Origin: Verrucomicrobiia bacterium | Lineage (GTDB): Bacteria > Verrucomicrobiota > Verrucomicrobiia > Limisphaerales > UBA11358 | Direction: 5' to 3' | Length of the DNA stretch: 64,000 bases | Assembly (NCBI GenBank): GCA_036498725.1 | Contig: DASYEY010000200.1 | Span: 9,401-73,400, forward strand | Part shown: one piece after another, positions 48,493-57,447 of the stretch | Position numbering within the stretch: position 1 is the stretch's first letter | How the letters are laid out: each line of letters starts with the position of its first letter | Translations under genes and position numbers: made by a program | The notes under the pieces: model-generated | What the model was told of the DNA's origin: nothing | The model's input: the letters and a program-made list of their open reading frames with translations, nothing else | Database searches by the model: none

Positions 48493-49497
48493 ATGGGAAC
48501 TATATTCTTCGGTTGTGTGGTTGGTTTCGTTGCCTGGTTTCTCGTCCGCTATCTCGCCGCTGGATTTTATACGGTGGACCAAAATGAACGCGCGGTGAAA
48601 ACCTGCTTCGGCCGCGCTGAACGCGTTGGTACGGCAACAACCTTGGATGACCCGATCTCCGTCGCATTGAACGCCGAGGAACGCGACCGGTATAATTATC
48701 CGCAAGTGCGTGTCATTCCGCCGGGCGGCCCTTATTTCAAATGGCCGTGGGAAAAAGTTTATAAGGTTACGGTTGCCACACAGACGATGAACATGGCGTT
48801 GGATTTGGAGGATGCCTCGGCCAATTACGGTGGGACTATCCTGGAAGCGGTCACGAAAGATCAACTGAACACCGGACTGAAAGGGCAGATCCGTTGGCGG
48901 GTTTCGGAACGAAATCTGTATGCGTATGTTTTTGGCGTAAAACAACCGATCGTTCACGTCATGGGTTATTTCATTTCGATCCTGCGCGAACGCATCGCAA
49001 ATTTTGAAGCGCCACCGGCGGTTAAAAATCCGGCCGACACGGCGCCCCATAACATCGCAGCCACGGCGGTGATCGGCATTTCCATCAACGACCTGCGGAA
49101 AAATCTGCGGGATATCAACGAACACATGGATCGTGAATGTGTGGGTTCGGCGGCGCGTTATGGTATCACCTTGGATGCCTCATTGATCACCGGCATTGAT
49201 CCGCCACCGGAAGTTGAGTCGGCGCTCGCGGCGATCAACACGGCTTACAATGAAGTTTCCTCCAGCATCAGCCTGGCGCAGGCCAGTGCGGATCAAAAAA
49301 TCGTGCAGTCAAAACGCGCGGTGGAAATCGAGACGCTTAAGGCGCAAGCCGAAGTCCAGCCACTGGTTGCTCTGGCTGACCAATTGACAGACTTGAAGAA
49401 GAATGGAACCGGAGCCCTTGACGCGTACGTTCGCAACGTGCGGCTCAAATTATACAGCGAAGCCAAAACCGTGATTGTGGAGGCTAATCGTGAATGA
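48493..49497 (+). CDS. SPFH/Band-7 domain membrane protein (HflK/C- or stomatin-like), first of a pair
   Basis: Taken from ATG 48493: MGTIFFGCVVGFVAWFLVRYL (TM) followed by FYTVDQNERAVKTCFGRAERV... and a C-terminal coiled-coil-like region (SLAQASADQKIVQSKRAVEIETLKAQAE). Confidence 0.75.
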   Translation: MGTIFFGCVVGFVAWFLVRYLAAGFYTVDQNERAVKTCFGRAERVGTATTLDDPISVALNAEERDRYNYPQVRVIPPGGPYFKWPWEKVYKVTVATQTMNMALDLEDASANYGGTILEAVTKDQLNTGLKGQIRWRVSERNLYAYVFGVKQPIVHVMGYFISILRERIANFEAPPAVKNPADTAPHNIAATAVIGISINDLRKNLRDINEHMDRECVGSAARYGITLDASLITGIDPPPEVESALAAINTAYNEVSSSISLAQASADQKIVQSKRAVEIETLKAQAEVQPLVALADQLTDLKKNGTGALDAYVRNVRLKLYSEAKTVIVEANRE

Positions 49498-50428
49498 TAA
49501 TCCTTTGAATACTCCCGTCGGACATTTCCTGCTCGCAGCGATCATTACGTTTGTCGGCATGTTCATCTTGCTGCCGATTTTATTCGGCATTGCGCGGGCA
49601 TTCGGCATTTACACCATCGTCGAAGAGCGTCGGTGCAAAGTGTATATGCTGTTCGGCAAAGTCGTTACCGTGATTGACCAGCCGGGATTGCATTTCTTGA
49701 TCTTTAAAATTGGCCTCAAGGCGCCACTGATCAGTTTTCTTGGCAAATGCTTTACCCTCGATCTGCGGCTGGATCAGGAATATCTCCGGAGCACGCCGGT
49801 GAATTCCGAGGAAGGCGCGCCGATGGGCATTGGGGTCTGGTATGAAATGGTCATTTGCGATCCGGTGGCGTACCTTTTCAAAAATGCCGACCCGCGCGGA
49901 TCACTCGCCGCGAATGTCGGCAATTCCACCGTGCGTTGCCTGAGCAATTTGAAACTGGCAGACATGCTGGAAAATCGCCACCCCATGAGCCAGACCGTGC
50001 GCACCGAAGTGTCGCCGCAATCCGCAGAATGGGGTTATAGTCTGGGTTCGACCTACATCCGCAAAGTGCATTTTCGCGACGAAGGCATGATCAAGCAGAT
50101 CGAAGAAAAAGTTGTGAACCGTTTGCGGCAGGTGACGTCGGCCATCAAGCAGGATGGCACGAATCAGGTGAACATCATCGCCAGCACGGCGGAACAACAG
50201 GCGGCGATTGAGTTTGCCAAGGCGGCGGCGATGCGGCCGCAGATTGTGGGATTGGCCCTGCAAAAGATTTCGCAAGACCCGGATGTTTCACGGGCATTGT
50301 TCGAAGCGCTGGAAACGCAAAATATTATTGATGGTGAAGCTGTAATCACGTTGGTGCCAAAGAACTCCAGTTTGCTGGGACAGCTTGTGGCCGCGACCCA
50401 AGGAGTGAAACCGGGTGCGGGAAAATGA
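49475..50428 (+). CDS. SPFH/Band-7 domain membrane protein, second of the pair
   Basis: A TM helix (FLLAAIITFVGMFILLPILFGIA) is followed by IYTIVEERRCKVYMLFGKVVTVIDQPGLHF...YIRKVHFRDEGMIKQIE. The start is TTG 49475 or GTG 49490; both overlap the end of the upstream gene. Confidence 0.75.
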   Translation: MWRLIVNDNPLNTPVGHFLLAAIITFVGMFILLPILFGIARAFGIYTIVEERRCKVYMLFGKVVTVIDQPGLHFLIFKIGLKAPLISFLGKCFTLDLRLDQEYLRSTPVNSEEGAPMGIGVWYEMVICDPVAYLFKNADPRGSLAANVGNSTVRCLSNLKLADMLENRHPMSQTVRTEVSPQSAEWGYSLGSTYIRKVHFRDEGMIKQIEEKVVNRLRQVTSAIKQDGTNQVNIIASTAEQQAAIEFAKAAAMRPQIVGLALQKISQDPDVSRALFEALETQNIIDGEAVITLVPKNSSLLGQLVAATQGVKPGAGK

Positions 50429-50601
50429 AGCGAATTAAAAGCTGCCTCCAGCATAACGCTGTTTTTTTCCGGCATAATCACGATAGTGTTTCATAATGCC
50501 ATTGGCAGATAACTACGCTGGGTGGAATTGGTCGCGCGGCGACTGATTTTGCCTGCACCGCAGGCACTTTGTGGCTGTCATGGTTGCTGGATGGACTCTT
50601 T

Positions 50602-50661
50602 TTCGTCGCCTGACGCTACGCGCAGCGACGGCTTTGACCGCAGCGCAACCAAAGCCACCAC
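50602..50661 (-). repeat. Copy 2 (inverted orientation) of the 60-nt REP-like element seen at 23102..23161
   Basis: The reverse complement is GTGGTGGCTTTGGTTGCGCTGCGGTCAAAGCCGTCGCTGCGCGTAGCGTCAGGCGACGAA. It is embedded in a hairpin-rich 500-bp intergenic region. Other stems there are TGCCTGC-ACC-GCAGGCA at about 50549..50565 and GTTTGGCG-N14-CGCCAAAC at about 50680..50709. Confidence 0.7.
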
Positions 50662-50766
50662 CTGTACCAGCGTTGTTGTGTTTGGCGATCGTGTATCACT
50701 GCGCCAAACCGTTTTAAAACGCGATAAAATTTCCCGTTTGTGCTTAAAATAGTTTCGCTGGCAAAT

Positions 50767-50790
50767 ATGCCTCCAAACATGCCTCCAAAC
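50767..50790. repeat. Perfect tandem duplication of the 12-mer ATGCCTCCAAAC
   Basis: Units at 50767..50778 and 50779..50790, about 145 bp upstream of the actA ATG. Confidence 0.8.
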
Positions 50791-50828
50791 GCAAATTAAA
50801 ATCTAAGTGAAATTTTTCACAAACTTTC

Positions 50829-50858
50829 TTGCGAGGCAGGCGGCAATTTAATTAGTAT
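50829..50858 (+). promoter_or_regulatory. Candidate promoter of the act operon (TTGCGA-N18-TAGTAT)
   Basis: Hexamers at 50829..50834 and 50853..50858, about 75 nt upstream of actA. This is a pattern match only. Confidence 0.25.
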
Positions 50859-50932
50859 TTGTTGCGACACGGAATTTGAACCCATCCGTGTGGCTTTAAC
50901 TTTAGGAATAGGCCGGATTCCGGTCATTCGAA

Positions 50933-51601
50933 ATGTCAGCAATTTTTCCGAAGTGGACAAACTGGTTGCCGTTAGCGTTAGGCGTTGGAGCCGCGCTGAC
51001 GGGTGTTGCCGTGGCGGCAGGCGTGACGATTTATCTCACGCCTAAATACACGCGTGCCGGTTATCAGCCAGTGCAACCGGTGCCGTTCTCGCACAAGATT
51101 CATGCGGGACAACTTGGCGTTGATTGCCGCTATTGTCACAGTGGCGTGGATAAATCCTGGGTTGCCAATATCCCGTCCGCTTCCACCTGCATGAATTGTC
51201 ATAATCAGGTGTTGAAAGATGATCCTCGCCTGGCCTTGGTCCGGGAAAGTGCGACCAACAATACGCCCATTCCGTGGGTGCAGGTGCACATTACGCCCGA
51301 CTACGTTTATTTCAACCATTCCGTTCACGTCACTCGTGGCATCAGCTGCGTGGAATGTCACGGTCGCGTGGATCAAATGGATGAGGTCCGCCACGTCAAG
51401 TCGTTTAGCATGAGTTTCTGTTTGGATTGTCACCGCGATCCGGCGGCGCATATCCGTCCGACGGACAAAGTCACTGATTTGGGTTGGAAATGGGATGCCG
51501 ATCCCGCCAAAGCTGCCCAGTTGCAAGCCGTCAATGGCGCGAAATTCGTGCACGACTGGAAAGTGGAATCGCTGCAAAGCTGCTCGGCCTGTCACCGATG
51601 A
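50933..51601 (+). CDS. actA: Alternative complex III subunit ActA (pentahaem cytochrome c)
   Basis: 222 aa with an N-terminal TM anchor and five CxxCH motifs (CRYCH, CMNCH, CVECH, CLDCH, CSACH). Confidence 0.85.
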   Translation: MSAIFPKWTNWLPLALGVGAALTGVAVAAGVTIYLTPKYTRAGYQPVQPVPFSHKIHAGQLGVDCRYCHSGVDKSWVANIPSASTCMNCHNQVLKDDPRLALVRESATNNTPIPWVQVHITPDYVYFNHSVHVTRGISCVECHGRVDQMDEVRHVKSFSMSFCLDCHRDPAAHIRPTDKVTDLGWKWDADPAKAAQLQAVNGAKFVHDWKVESLQSCSACHR

Positions 51602-54600
51602 AAACTATTTTGAAATACGCACCCGCGCCGACGACTGGCCGCCGCTACTGGCGCAGCTTGGACGAATTGTCCGATACGCCGGAGTTCAAGGAATGGTTGC
51701 ATCGTGAATTTCCTGCCGGTGCCAGCGAGATGGAAGACGGGCAGACCCGCCGCAGTTTTCTCAAAATCATGTCAGCGTCATTCGCGTTGGCGGGTTTGGG
51801 ACTGGCTGGAGCCGGATGTCGTCGCCCGGAAGAAAAACTGGAACCGTTTGGCAAGCAGCCTGCCGATTATGTTTTTGGTGAGCCGGAATACTATGCCACC
51901 GCGATGCCGACGCGTACTGGCGCGATGCCGCTTGTCGTCAAGTCTTACGAAGGTCGTCCGGTCAAAATTGAAGGTAATGCGCTGTATCCTGGCAGCAACG
52001 GCAGCACGGACCGTTACGCGCAGGCTTCGATCCTGAATCTTTACGATCCGGACCGCGCCCGCAATTTCACGCAGGATGGCAAGGCGGTTTCCCGTGAAAC
52101 GGCATTGAGTTCTTTGGATGAGCTTTCCAAAAAAATCACCGCCAATGGCGGTGAAGGTCTGGCGTTCCTTGCCGAAAGCAGCACGTCGCCCTCGCGCGCG
52201 CGCCTGCAAAAAAACATCGCGCTGAAATTTCCGAACTCGAAATGGTTCACTTACGACGCGATTGATTCCGGCATCCATCAACGCGCGGCGACGCAGGCAT
52301 TTGGTCAATCAGTGCGTCCGGTTTTTAACTTTGACAAGGCGAAGGTTATTCTGTCGCTCGACTGTGATTTTCTCGGCGGCGAAGATGATGTGCATAATCA
52401 CATCCGCAAATTTGCCGCCGGTCGCAAAGCGGGCGAGGGGATGAATCGTCTTTATGCGGTTGAATCGCTTTACACGCTTACGGGTGCGGGCGCAGATCAT
52501 CGTTTGCGGATTCCCGCTTCCCAAGTCGTCAAGACAGCCGCGGAAATTTTGGGTCAGGTTATGGGCGGCGCAAGTGCGTCCACACCTTGGGCGGCGGAAT
52601 GCGCCAAAGATTTGATCGTGGCTGGCAAAAACGCCTTGGTCGTTGCTGGCCACCGGCAGCCGATCGAAGTCCATCTGCTCGCCCACGCCATCAACACCGC
52701 GTTGAATGGTATCGGCAATACAATTTCTTTGCTGCCGGTCGAAAAGACAACCAATGAAGATTTAAAAAATCTCGATGGTGCCGCGACGGATACGCTGGTC
52801 ATTCTCGGTGGTAATCCAGCTTACAATCTGAATTGGTCGCCGAAATCGAAGACGGTGGTCCGACTGGGGTATTATCCGGACGAAACGGCCGAGAAATCAT
52901 TCTTGAATTTTCCGGCGGCGCATTATCTCGAATCGTGGAGCGACGCGGTCACGAGCGATGGCTCGGTTGTCCCCGTTCAGCCATTGATTCAGCCGTTGTT
53001 CAACGGTTTGCAGGAATTGGAATTTCTGGCCCGCCTCGCTGGCGAATCAGAAACCAGCGCTTACGAAATTGTCCGGACAACCTCCGGTCTTTCCGAAGCG
53101 GCCTGGAAACAATTTTTATTCAATGGTTTTGCCGCGTCAAAAACGGAGTCCTTGACCGGCGTGAAGATGGTTCAATCATCCAATGATTTGAATCAATTAC
53201 TGGCGAACGTGAAAAGCATCACGCCTTCCGCCTCTAATCTCGAAGTTGTTTTCTTCCGTGATGCGAAAGCCGACGACGGCGCACTGGCCAATAACGGCTG
53301 GATGCAGGAATTGCCCGATCCCATCACCAAGATGACGTGGGACAATGCCGTGCTCATCAGCCGCAAGACGGCGCGTGACTTGGGCGTGCAAAACGGCGAT
53401 GTCGTGGAGATTTCGTTGAATGGCAAAACGGTGAGCGGTCCGATTTGGACCCAGCCGGGCATGGCGGATTATTCGCTTGGCCTCGCGCTTGGTTATGGCC
53501 GTGAAAAAGCCGGTCGCGTCGGCAACGGTGTCGGTTTCAACGCTTATAAAATTTTCAGCGGCAAATTTATCGAAGCCGGAGCGACGGTTAAGAAGACCGG
53601 CGCCACTTATACCCTGGCCTGCACGCAGCATCACTGGAGCATGGAAGGCCGTCCGGCCGTGCGTGAAGCGAACCTTGAAGAATTTCTCAAAGAACCAACG
53701 TTCGCCGAGGAAAATTTCCATGGCGTCGAGCCGCCGGTTGTCAAATCGCTTTATCCGAACCCGCTGGATGAGGCAAAGAAGACGGCTTTGCATCAATGGG
53801 GGATGTCCATTGATTTGAACGCATGCGTCGGTTGCGGCACGTGCATCATTGCCTGCCAAAGCGAAAACAACATTCCGATCGTCGGCAAAGACCAGGTCTT
53901 GCGCGGGCGCGAAATGCACTGGCTGCGGGTGGATCGCTATTTCACGTCGGATCCGAAACGTAAAAACAATAAAAGCCCGTTTGATTTCGGCGCGGACGAA
54001 AATCAGAGCGATGAAAATCAGCAGTTCGCCAAATGGATTGATGACGTGCAGGTTGTCAATCAGCCGATGCCTTGCCAGATGTGCGAATCGGCGCCATGCG
54101 AAAGCGTTTGCCCGGTCAACGCCACCGTTCACGACCAGGAAGGTTTGAACGTGATGGCTTACAACCGCTGCATTGGCACGCGGTATTGCTCGAACAACTG
54201 CCCTTACAAGGTTCGTCGTTTCAATTTCCTGGATTACAACAAACGCCCGCTGACGGAGCTGAATGGCACGACAAAATTTGGGGTAACAGCTTATTCCACG
54301 ACGCTCACGCACAAGACGGATGGCGAAGCGGATATTTTACGCTGGTGGAAAGACCCGAACAGCGGGATGCGCACCGAAGACGAGTGGGACTTGATCAAGC
54401 TCTCGAAGAACCCGGATGTGACCGTGCGTATGCGCGGGGTCATGGAGAAGTGCACCTATTGCACACAGCGCATCGAGCAGGCAAAAATTTCGCAAAAAGC
54501 CAAAGCCGGCGGCAGTGATAATGTCCGGCTTACGGAGGCGGCGGGAACGGTTCCCAAGACCGCATGCCAGCAGGCATGTCCGGCCGGGGCCATCGTCTTC

Positions 54601-54807
54601 GGTGATATCAGTGACGCGGCGAGCACAGTTTCGACCTTGAAAAAATTGCCGCACAATTATTCCGTCCTCGGTGACTTGTTGACCAAGCCGCGCACGACCT
54701 ATCTGGCGCGCATCCGCAATCCGAATCCGGCGATGCCCGATTATCATGTGCCGTTCAGTACGGAAGAATACGAAAATGCAAGTCTGGCGAAGAAAGGCAA
54801 CAGCTAA
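51598..54807 (+). CDS. actB: Alternative complex III subunit ActB (molybdopterin-oxidoreductase-like domain fused to an FeS domain)
   Basis: The start is taken at ATG 51598 (ATGA overlap with the actA stop). The ORF-track start at 51484 lies inside actA. The Tat motif is TRRSFLKIMSASFALAGLGLAG. FeS clusters: CVGCGTCIIACQSENN, CQMCESAPCESVCP, CIGTRYCSNNCPYKVRRFN, CTYCTQRI and CQQACPAGAIVFGD. Confidence 0.88.
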   Translation: MKTILKYAPAPTTGRRYWRSLDELSDTPEFKEWLHREFPAGASEMEDGQTRRSFLKIMSASFALAGLGLAGAGCRRPEEKLEPFGKQPADYVFGEPEYYATAMPTRTGAMPLVVKSYEGRPVKIEGNALYPGSNGSTDRYAQASILNLYDPDRARNFTQDGKAVSRETALSSLDELSKKITANGGEGLAFLAESSTSPSRARLQKNIALKFPNSKWFTYDAIDSGIHQRAATQAFGQSVRPVFNFDKAKVILSLDCDFLGGEDDVHNHIRKFAAGRKAGEGMNRLYAVESLYTLTGAGADHRLRIPASQVVKTAAEILGQVMGGASASTPWAAECAKDLIVAGKNALVVAGHRQPIEVHLLAHAINTALNGIGNTISLLPVEKTTNEDLKNLDGAATDTLVILGGNPAYNLNWSPKSKTVVRLGYYPDETAEKSFLNFPAAHYLESWSDAVTSDGSVVPVQPLIQPLFNGLQELEFLARLAGESETSAYEIVRTTSGLSEAAWKQFLFNGFAASKTESLTGVKMVQSSNDLNQLLANVKSITPSASNLEVVFFRDAKADDGALANNGWMQELPDPITKMTWDNAVLISRKTARDLGVQNGDVVEISLNGKTVSGPIWTQPGMADYSLGLALGYGREKAGRVGNGVGFNAYKIFSGKFIEAGATVKKTGATYTLACTQHHWSMEGRPAVREANLEEFLKEPTFAEENFHGVEPPVVKSLYPNPLDEAKKTALHQWGMSIDLNACVGCGTCIIACQSENNIPIVGKDQVLRGREMHWLRVDRYFTSDPKRKNNKSPFDFGADENQSDENQQFAKWIDDVQVVNQPMPCQMCESAPCESVCPVNATVHDQEGLNVMAYNRCIGTRYCSNNCPYKVRRFNFLDYNKRPLTELNGTTKFGVTAYSTTLTHKTDGEADILRWWKDPNSGMRTEDEWDLIKLSKNPDVTVRMRGVMEKCTYCTQRIEQAKISQKAKAGGSDNVRLTEAAGTVPKTACQQACPAGAIVFGDISDAASTVSTLKKLPHNYSVLGDLLTKPRTTYLARIRNPNPAMPDYHVPFSTEEYENASLAKKGNS

Positions 54808-56243
54808 TGTCTGACTCCGTGACCAATCTGGAAGAGTTGAAAAAACTCGTGCCGCCGGCGGAACTCCGCCGTGCGCCGGTCGTTGAGGGCAATAAAGGTC
54901 TTGGCTGGCTGACGGATAAACTGGCCGCGTTCGCCGAAGGCAAAACGCCGCTCTGGTGGTGGATTTTTTTCATCCCGGCCGCGTTTGCTGCAACAGTGAT
55001 CTTTCCGGTGTGTCTGTTTTATCAAGTGTTCACCGGCGTTGGGGTCTGGGGTAACAACCATCCCGTGATGTGGGGCCTGGACATCGTGAATTTCATCTGG
55101 TGGGTCGGCGTCGCGCATGCGGGCACGTTGATTTCTGCGCTCCTGTTTTTGACCAAACAACATTGGCGCACAACCATTGGACGCATGGCGGAAGCCATGA
55201 CGGTTTTTTCCGTGATGATGGCCGGGCTTTATCCGGCGATCCACGTCGGGCGTGCCTGGTTCGATTGGTTCATGTTCCCCGTGCCGAATTCCAACGACCT
55301 GTGGCCGCAATTTCGTTCGCCGTTGATGTGGGACGTGTTCGCCGTGAACACTTACCTCGTCGTCTCGATGTTGTTCTTTTTCATGGGCATGATCCCGGAC
55401 TTCGCAGTGTTGCGCGACCGCTCGACCACGCGTGTCCGCAAGGCGATCTTCAGTATCTTGGCAATGGGTTGGACGGGTTCCGCGCGGCATTGGCATCATT
55501 ATGAAAAAGCCTATGTGGTGATGTGCGGCCTTTGCACGCTGTTGGTGTTTACGGTGAGTTCCATCGTCGGTCTCGACTTTTGCACCGCGCAAATCGCGGG
55601 CTGGCACGCGACGATTTTTCCGTTGTATTTCGTCATCGGCGCGGTGTTCTGCGGTTTCGGCATGATGCTCGTCCTCTTGATTCCGTTGCGCAAATGGTGC
55701 GGACTCGAAAACGTCATCACCAAGAGTCACATTGATAAAGTGGCCAAGCTTGCCTTGGTCAGCGGTCTGATCATTGATTACATCTATTTGATGGAATTTT
55801 TCATCGCCTGGTACAGCGGCGATCCTTATGAACGCTGGGTGTTCGGTCATCGCCTGTTCGGTCATACATATTTCGTCATGGGCTGGATCTTGATCGGCAT
55901 CAACGTCTGCGTGACACAGTTGCTTTGGTTCAAAAAAGTCCGTTCCAATTTGGCCATGCTGTTTGTCATCGGCATTTTGATCAACATCGGCATGTGGAGC
56001 GAACGCTTCGTCATTGTCGTCGGCTCGTTGTATCAGGAATTTTTGCCGGCGAACTGGGGCAAATATATGCCGACGATTTGGGACGTCGGTCTTTACATCG
56101 GCACCCTCGGCGCCTTTTTCATGCTGTATCTGTTGTTTGTGAAATTCCTGCCAATGATCGCTATTTCTGAAGTGAAAGGTGTCATGCCGGAAGCGGACCC
56201 GCATCACAAACTCGGTGGGGCCAAAACCGGAGGTGACAAGTGA
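54807..56243 (+). CDS. actC: Alternative complex III subunit ActC (NrfD/PsrC-like quinol-interacting membrane subunit)
   Basis: 478 aa, polytopic, with GVWGNNHPVMWGLDIVNFIWWVGVAHAGTLIS. There is a 1-nt TAATG overlap with actB. Confidence 0.85.
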   Translation: MSDSVTNLEELKKLVPPAELRRAPVVEGNKGLGWLTDKLAAFAEGKTPLWWWIFFIPAAFAATVIFPVCLFYQVFTGVGVWGNNHPVMWGLDIVNFIWWVGVAHAGTLISALLFLTKQHWRTTIGRMAEAMTVFSVMMAGLYPAIHVGRAWFDWFMFPVPNSNDLWPQFRSPLMWDVFAVNTYLVVSMLFFFMGMIPDFAVLRDRSTTRVRKAIFSILAMGWTGSARHWHHYEKAYVVMCGLCTLLVFTVSSIVGLDFCTAQIAGWHATIFPLYFVIGAVFCGFGMMLVLLIPLRKWCGLENVITKSHIDKVAKLALVSGLIIDYIYLMEFFIAWYSGDPYERWVFGHRLFGHTYFVMGWILIGINVCVTQLLWFKKVRSNLAMLFVIGILINIGMWSERFVIVVGSLYQEFLPANWGKYMPTIWDVGLYIGTLGAFFMLYLLFVKFLPMIAISEVKGVMPEADPHHKLGGAKTGGDK

Positions 56244-56791
56244 ACGCACCCGCTGGAGAAAAAATTTACGGCATCATGGCGGAATTTGATTCGCCGGCCG
56301 CGATTTTGCGTGCTGCGGAACAAGTCCGTGACGCTGGTTATCGTCGCTGGGATACCTTCACGCCGTTCCCGGTTCACGGCATGGACAAGGTCATGAAACT
56401 CGGCAATTCGCTGGTTGGCTGGGTCGCTTTGGCGGGTGGCGCATTCATGTTTCTCAATGTCGCCGGACTCATCTGGTTCAGCAATGCGTTTGATTATCCG
56501 CTGATTGTTGGTGGCAAACCGATGTTCAGCGTACCGATGACGTTCGTGCCCTCGTACATTATGCTCATCATGGGCGGGGCAGTAGGGGCATTGATCGGCA
56601 TGTTGGGTTTGAATCAATTGCCGCGCTTGCACCATCCACTCTTGAAAAAGCCCGCTTTTGAAGCCGTTTCACGCGATAAATTTATCCTGCTGATTGGTGC
56701 GACGGATGAAAAGTTCTGCGCCGCGGAAACCCGCAAGTTGCTGGAGCAAGCCGGCGGCGTGCAAGTCACCATCGTGGAGGACGAAGACTGA
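56240..56791 (+). CDS. actD: Alternative complex III subunit ActD (DUF3341)
   Basis: It carries IYGIMAEFDSPAAILRAAEQVRDAGYRRWDTFTPFPVHGMDKVM. The GTG start overlaps the actC stop (GTGA). Confidence 0.85.
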   Translation: MNAPAGEKIYGIMAEFDSPAAILRAAEQVRDAGYRRWDTFTPFPVHGMDKVMKLGNSLVGWVALAGGAFMFLNVAGLIWFSNAFDYPLIVGGKPMFSVPMTFVPSYIMLIMGGAVGALIGMLGLNQLPRLHHPLLKKPAFEAVSRDKFILLIGATDEKFCAAETRKLLEQAGGVQVTIVEDED

Positions 56792-57447
56792 TGCGTTACG
56801 TTATTTCCATTTTATTGATCAGTACGGCCATCGGCGCCGCGACCTTTGGCATGTTGGGATGGCAAGGCGGCTTGATGCGCAAACCGCCGTTTGAATTATT
56901 CCCCGACATGGACCGGCAGGCGAAATTACGCCCGCAGAAGCCGTTTGCGTTTTTCACCAACGGCCTCAGTTCACAATTGGCTCCGGCTGGCACCATTGCC
57001 CGCAGTGTCCCCATTGAGACGAGCAATGGCCCGGTCTATCGTTTTGAAGATTCGCCCGTCAACACGGGGATGACAACGGGTACCACAAACTTTATTGAAA
57101 ACAATCCGTTGCCAGTGACCGGTGTGTTGCTGGCACGCGGCCATGAACGCTTTGATATCTATTGCGCACCCTGCCACGGCAAAATGGGGGATGGCAATGG
57201 CATCACCAAACGGATCGGGGCCATGCCCGCCGTGGCGAACCTGCACGATGCGCGCATCGTGGAGATGGCCGATGGCGAGATTTTTAACACCGTTACCCAC
57301 GGCAAAGGCTTGATGGGCGCCTATGGCCCGATTGTGCCGGCGGAAGATCGTTGGGCGTTGATCGCTTATTTGCGCGCATTGCAATTGAGCACGCTCGGCT
57401 CGACCGATGATTTGACGCCCGAGCAACAGGCCGCTTTGAATAAATGA
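56791..57447 (+). CDS. actE: Alternative complex III subunit ActE (monohaem cytochrome c)
   Basis: It has a single CxxCH in ERFDIYCAPCHGKMGDGNG and an N-terminal hydrophobic anchor without a lipobox Cys. There is a TGATG overlap with actD. Confidence 0.8.
   Translation: MRYVISILLISTAIGAATFGMLGWQGGLMRKPPFELFPDMDRQAKLRPQKPFAFFTNGLSSQLAPAGTIARSVPIETSNGPVYRFEDSPVNTGMTTGTTNFIENNPLPVTGVLLARGHERFDIYCAPCHGKMGDGNGITKRIGAMPAVANLHDARIVEMADGEIFNTVTHGKGLMGAYGPIVPAEDRWALIAYLRALQLSTLGSTDDLTPEQQAALNK

Noticed and set aside
50522-50752. A 76-aa ORF in the act leader, and a 94-aa ORF at 23065..23349.
   Set aside because: Both are read-throughs of the REP-like hairpin element (FGRAAAKVVAERSVRRR / SDGFDRSATKAT). 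The second also runs antisense into nadA. Neither has coding features.
54804-56249. A 481-aa antisense ORF almost exactly co-extensive with actC. Similar long antisense ORFs lie opposite actA (50978..51595), actB (53197..54312), ppdK (45829..46554, 47512..48258) and the SPFH gene (48343..49125).
   Set aside because: These ORFs lie in the codon-aligned antisense frame, where stops arise only from sense TTA, CTA and TCA codons. Genes with strong codon bias avoid those codons, which leaves long open antisense frames. The translations are compositionally odd (His/Arg/Asp-rich), have no recognisable motifs, and have no start context or independent signals.
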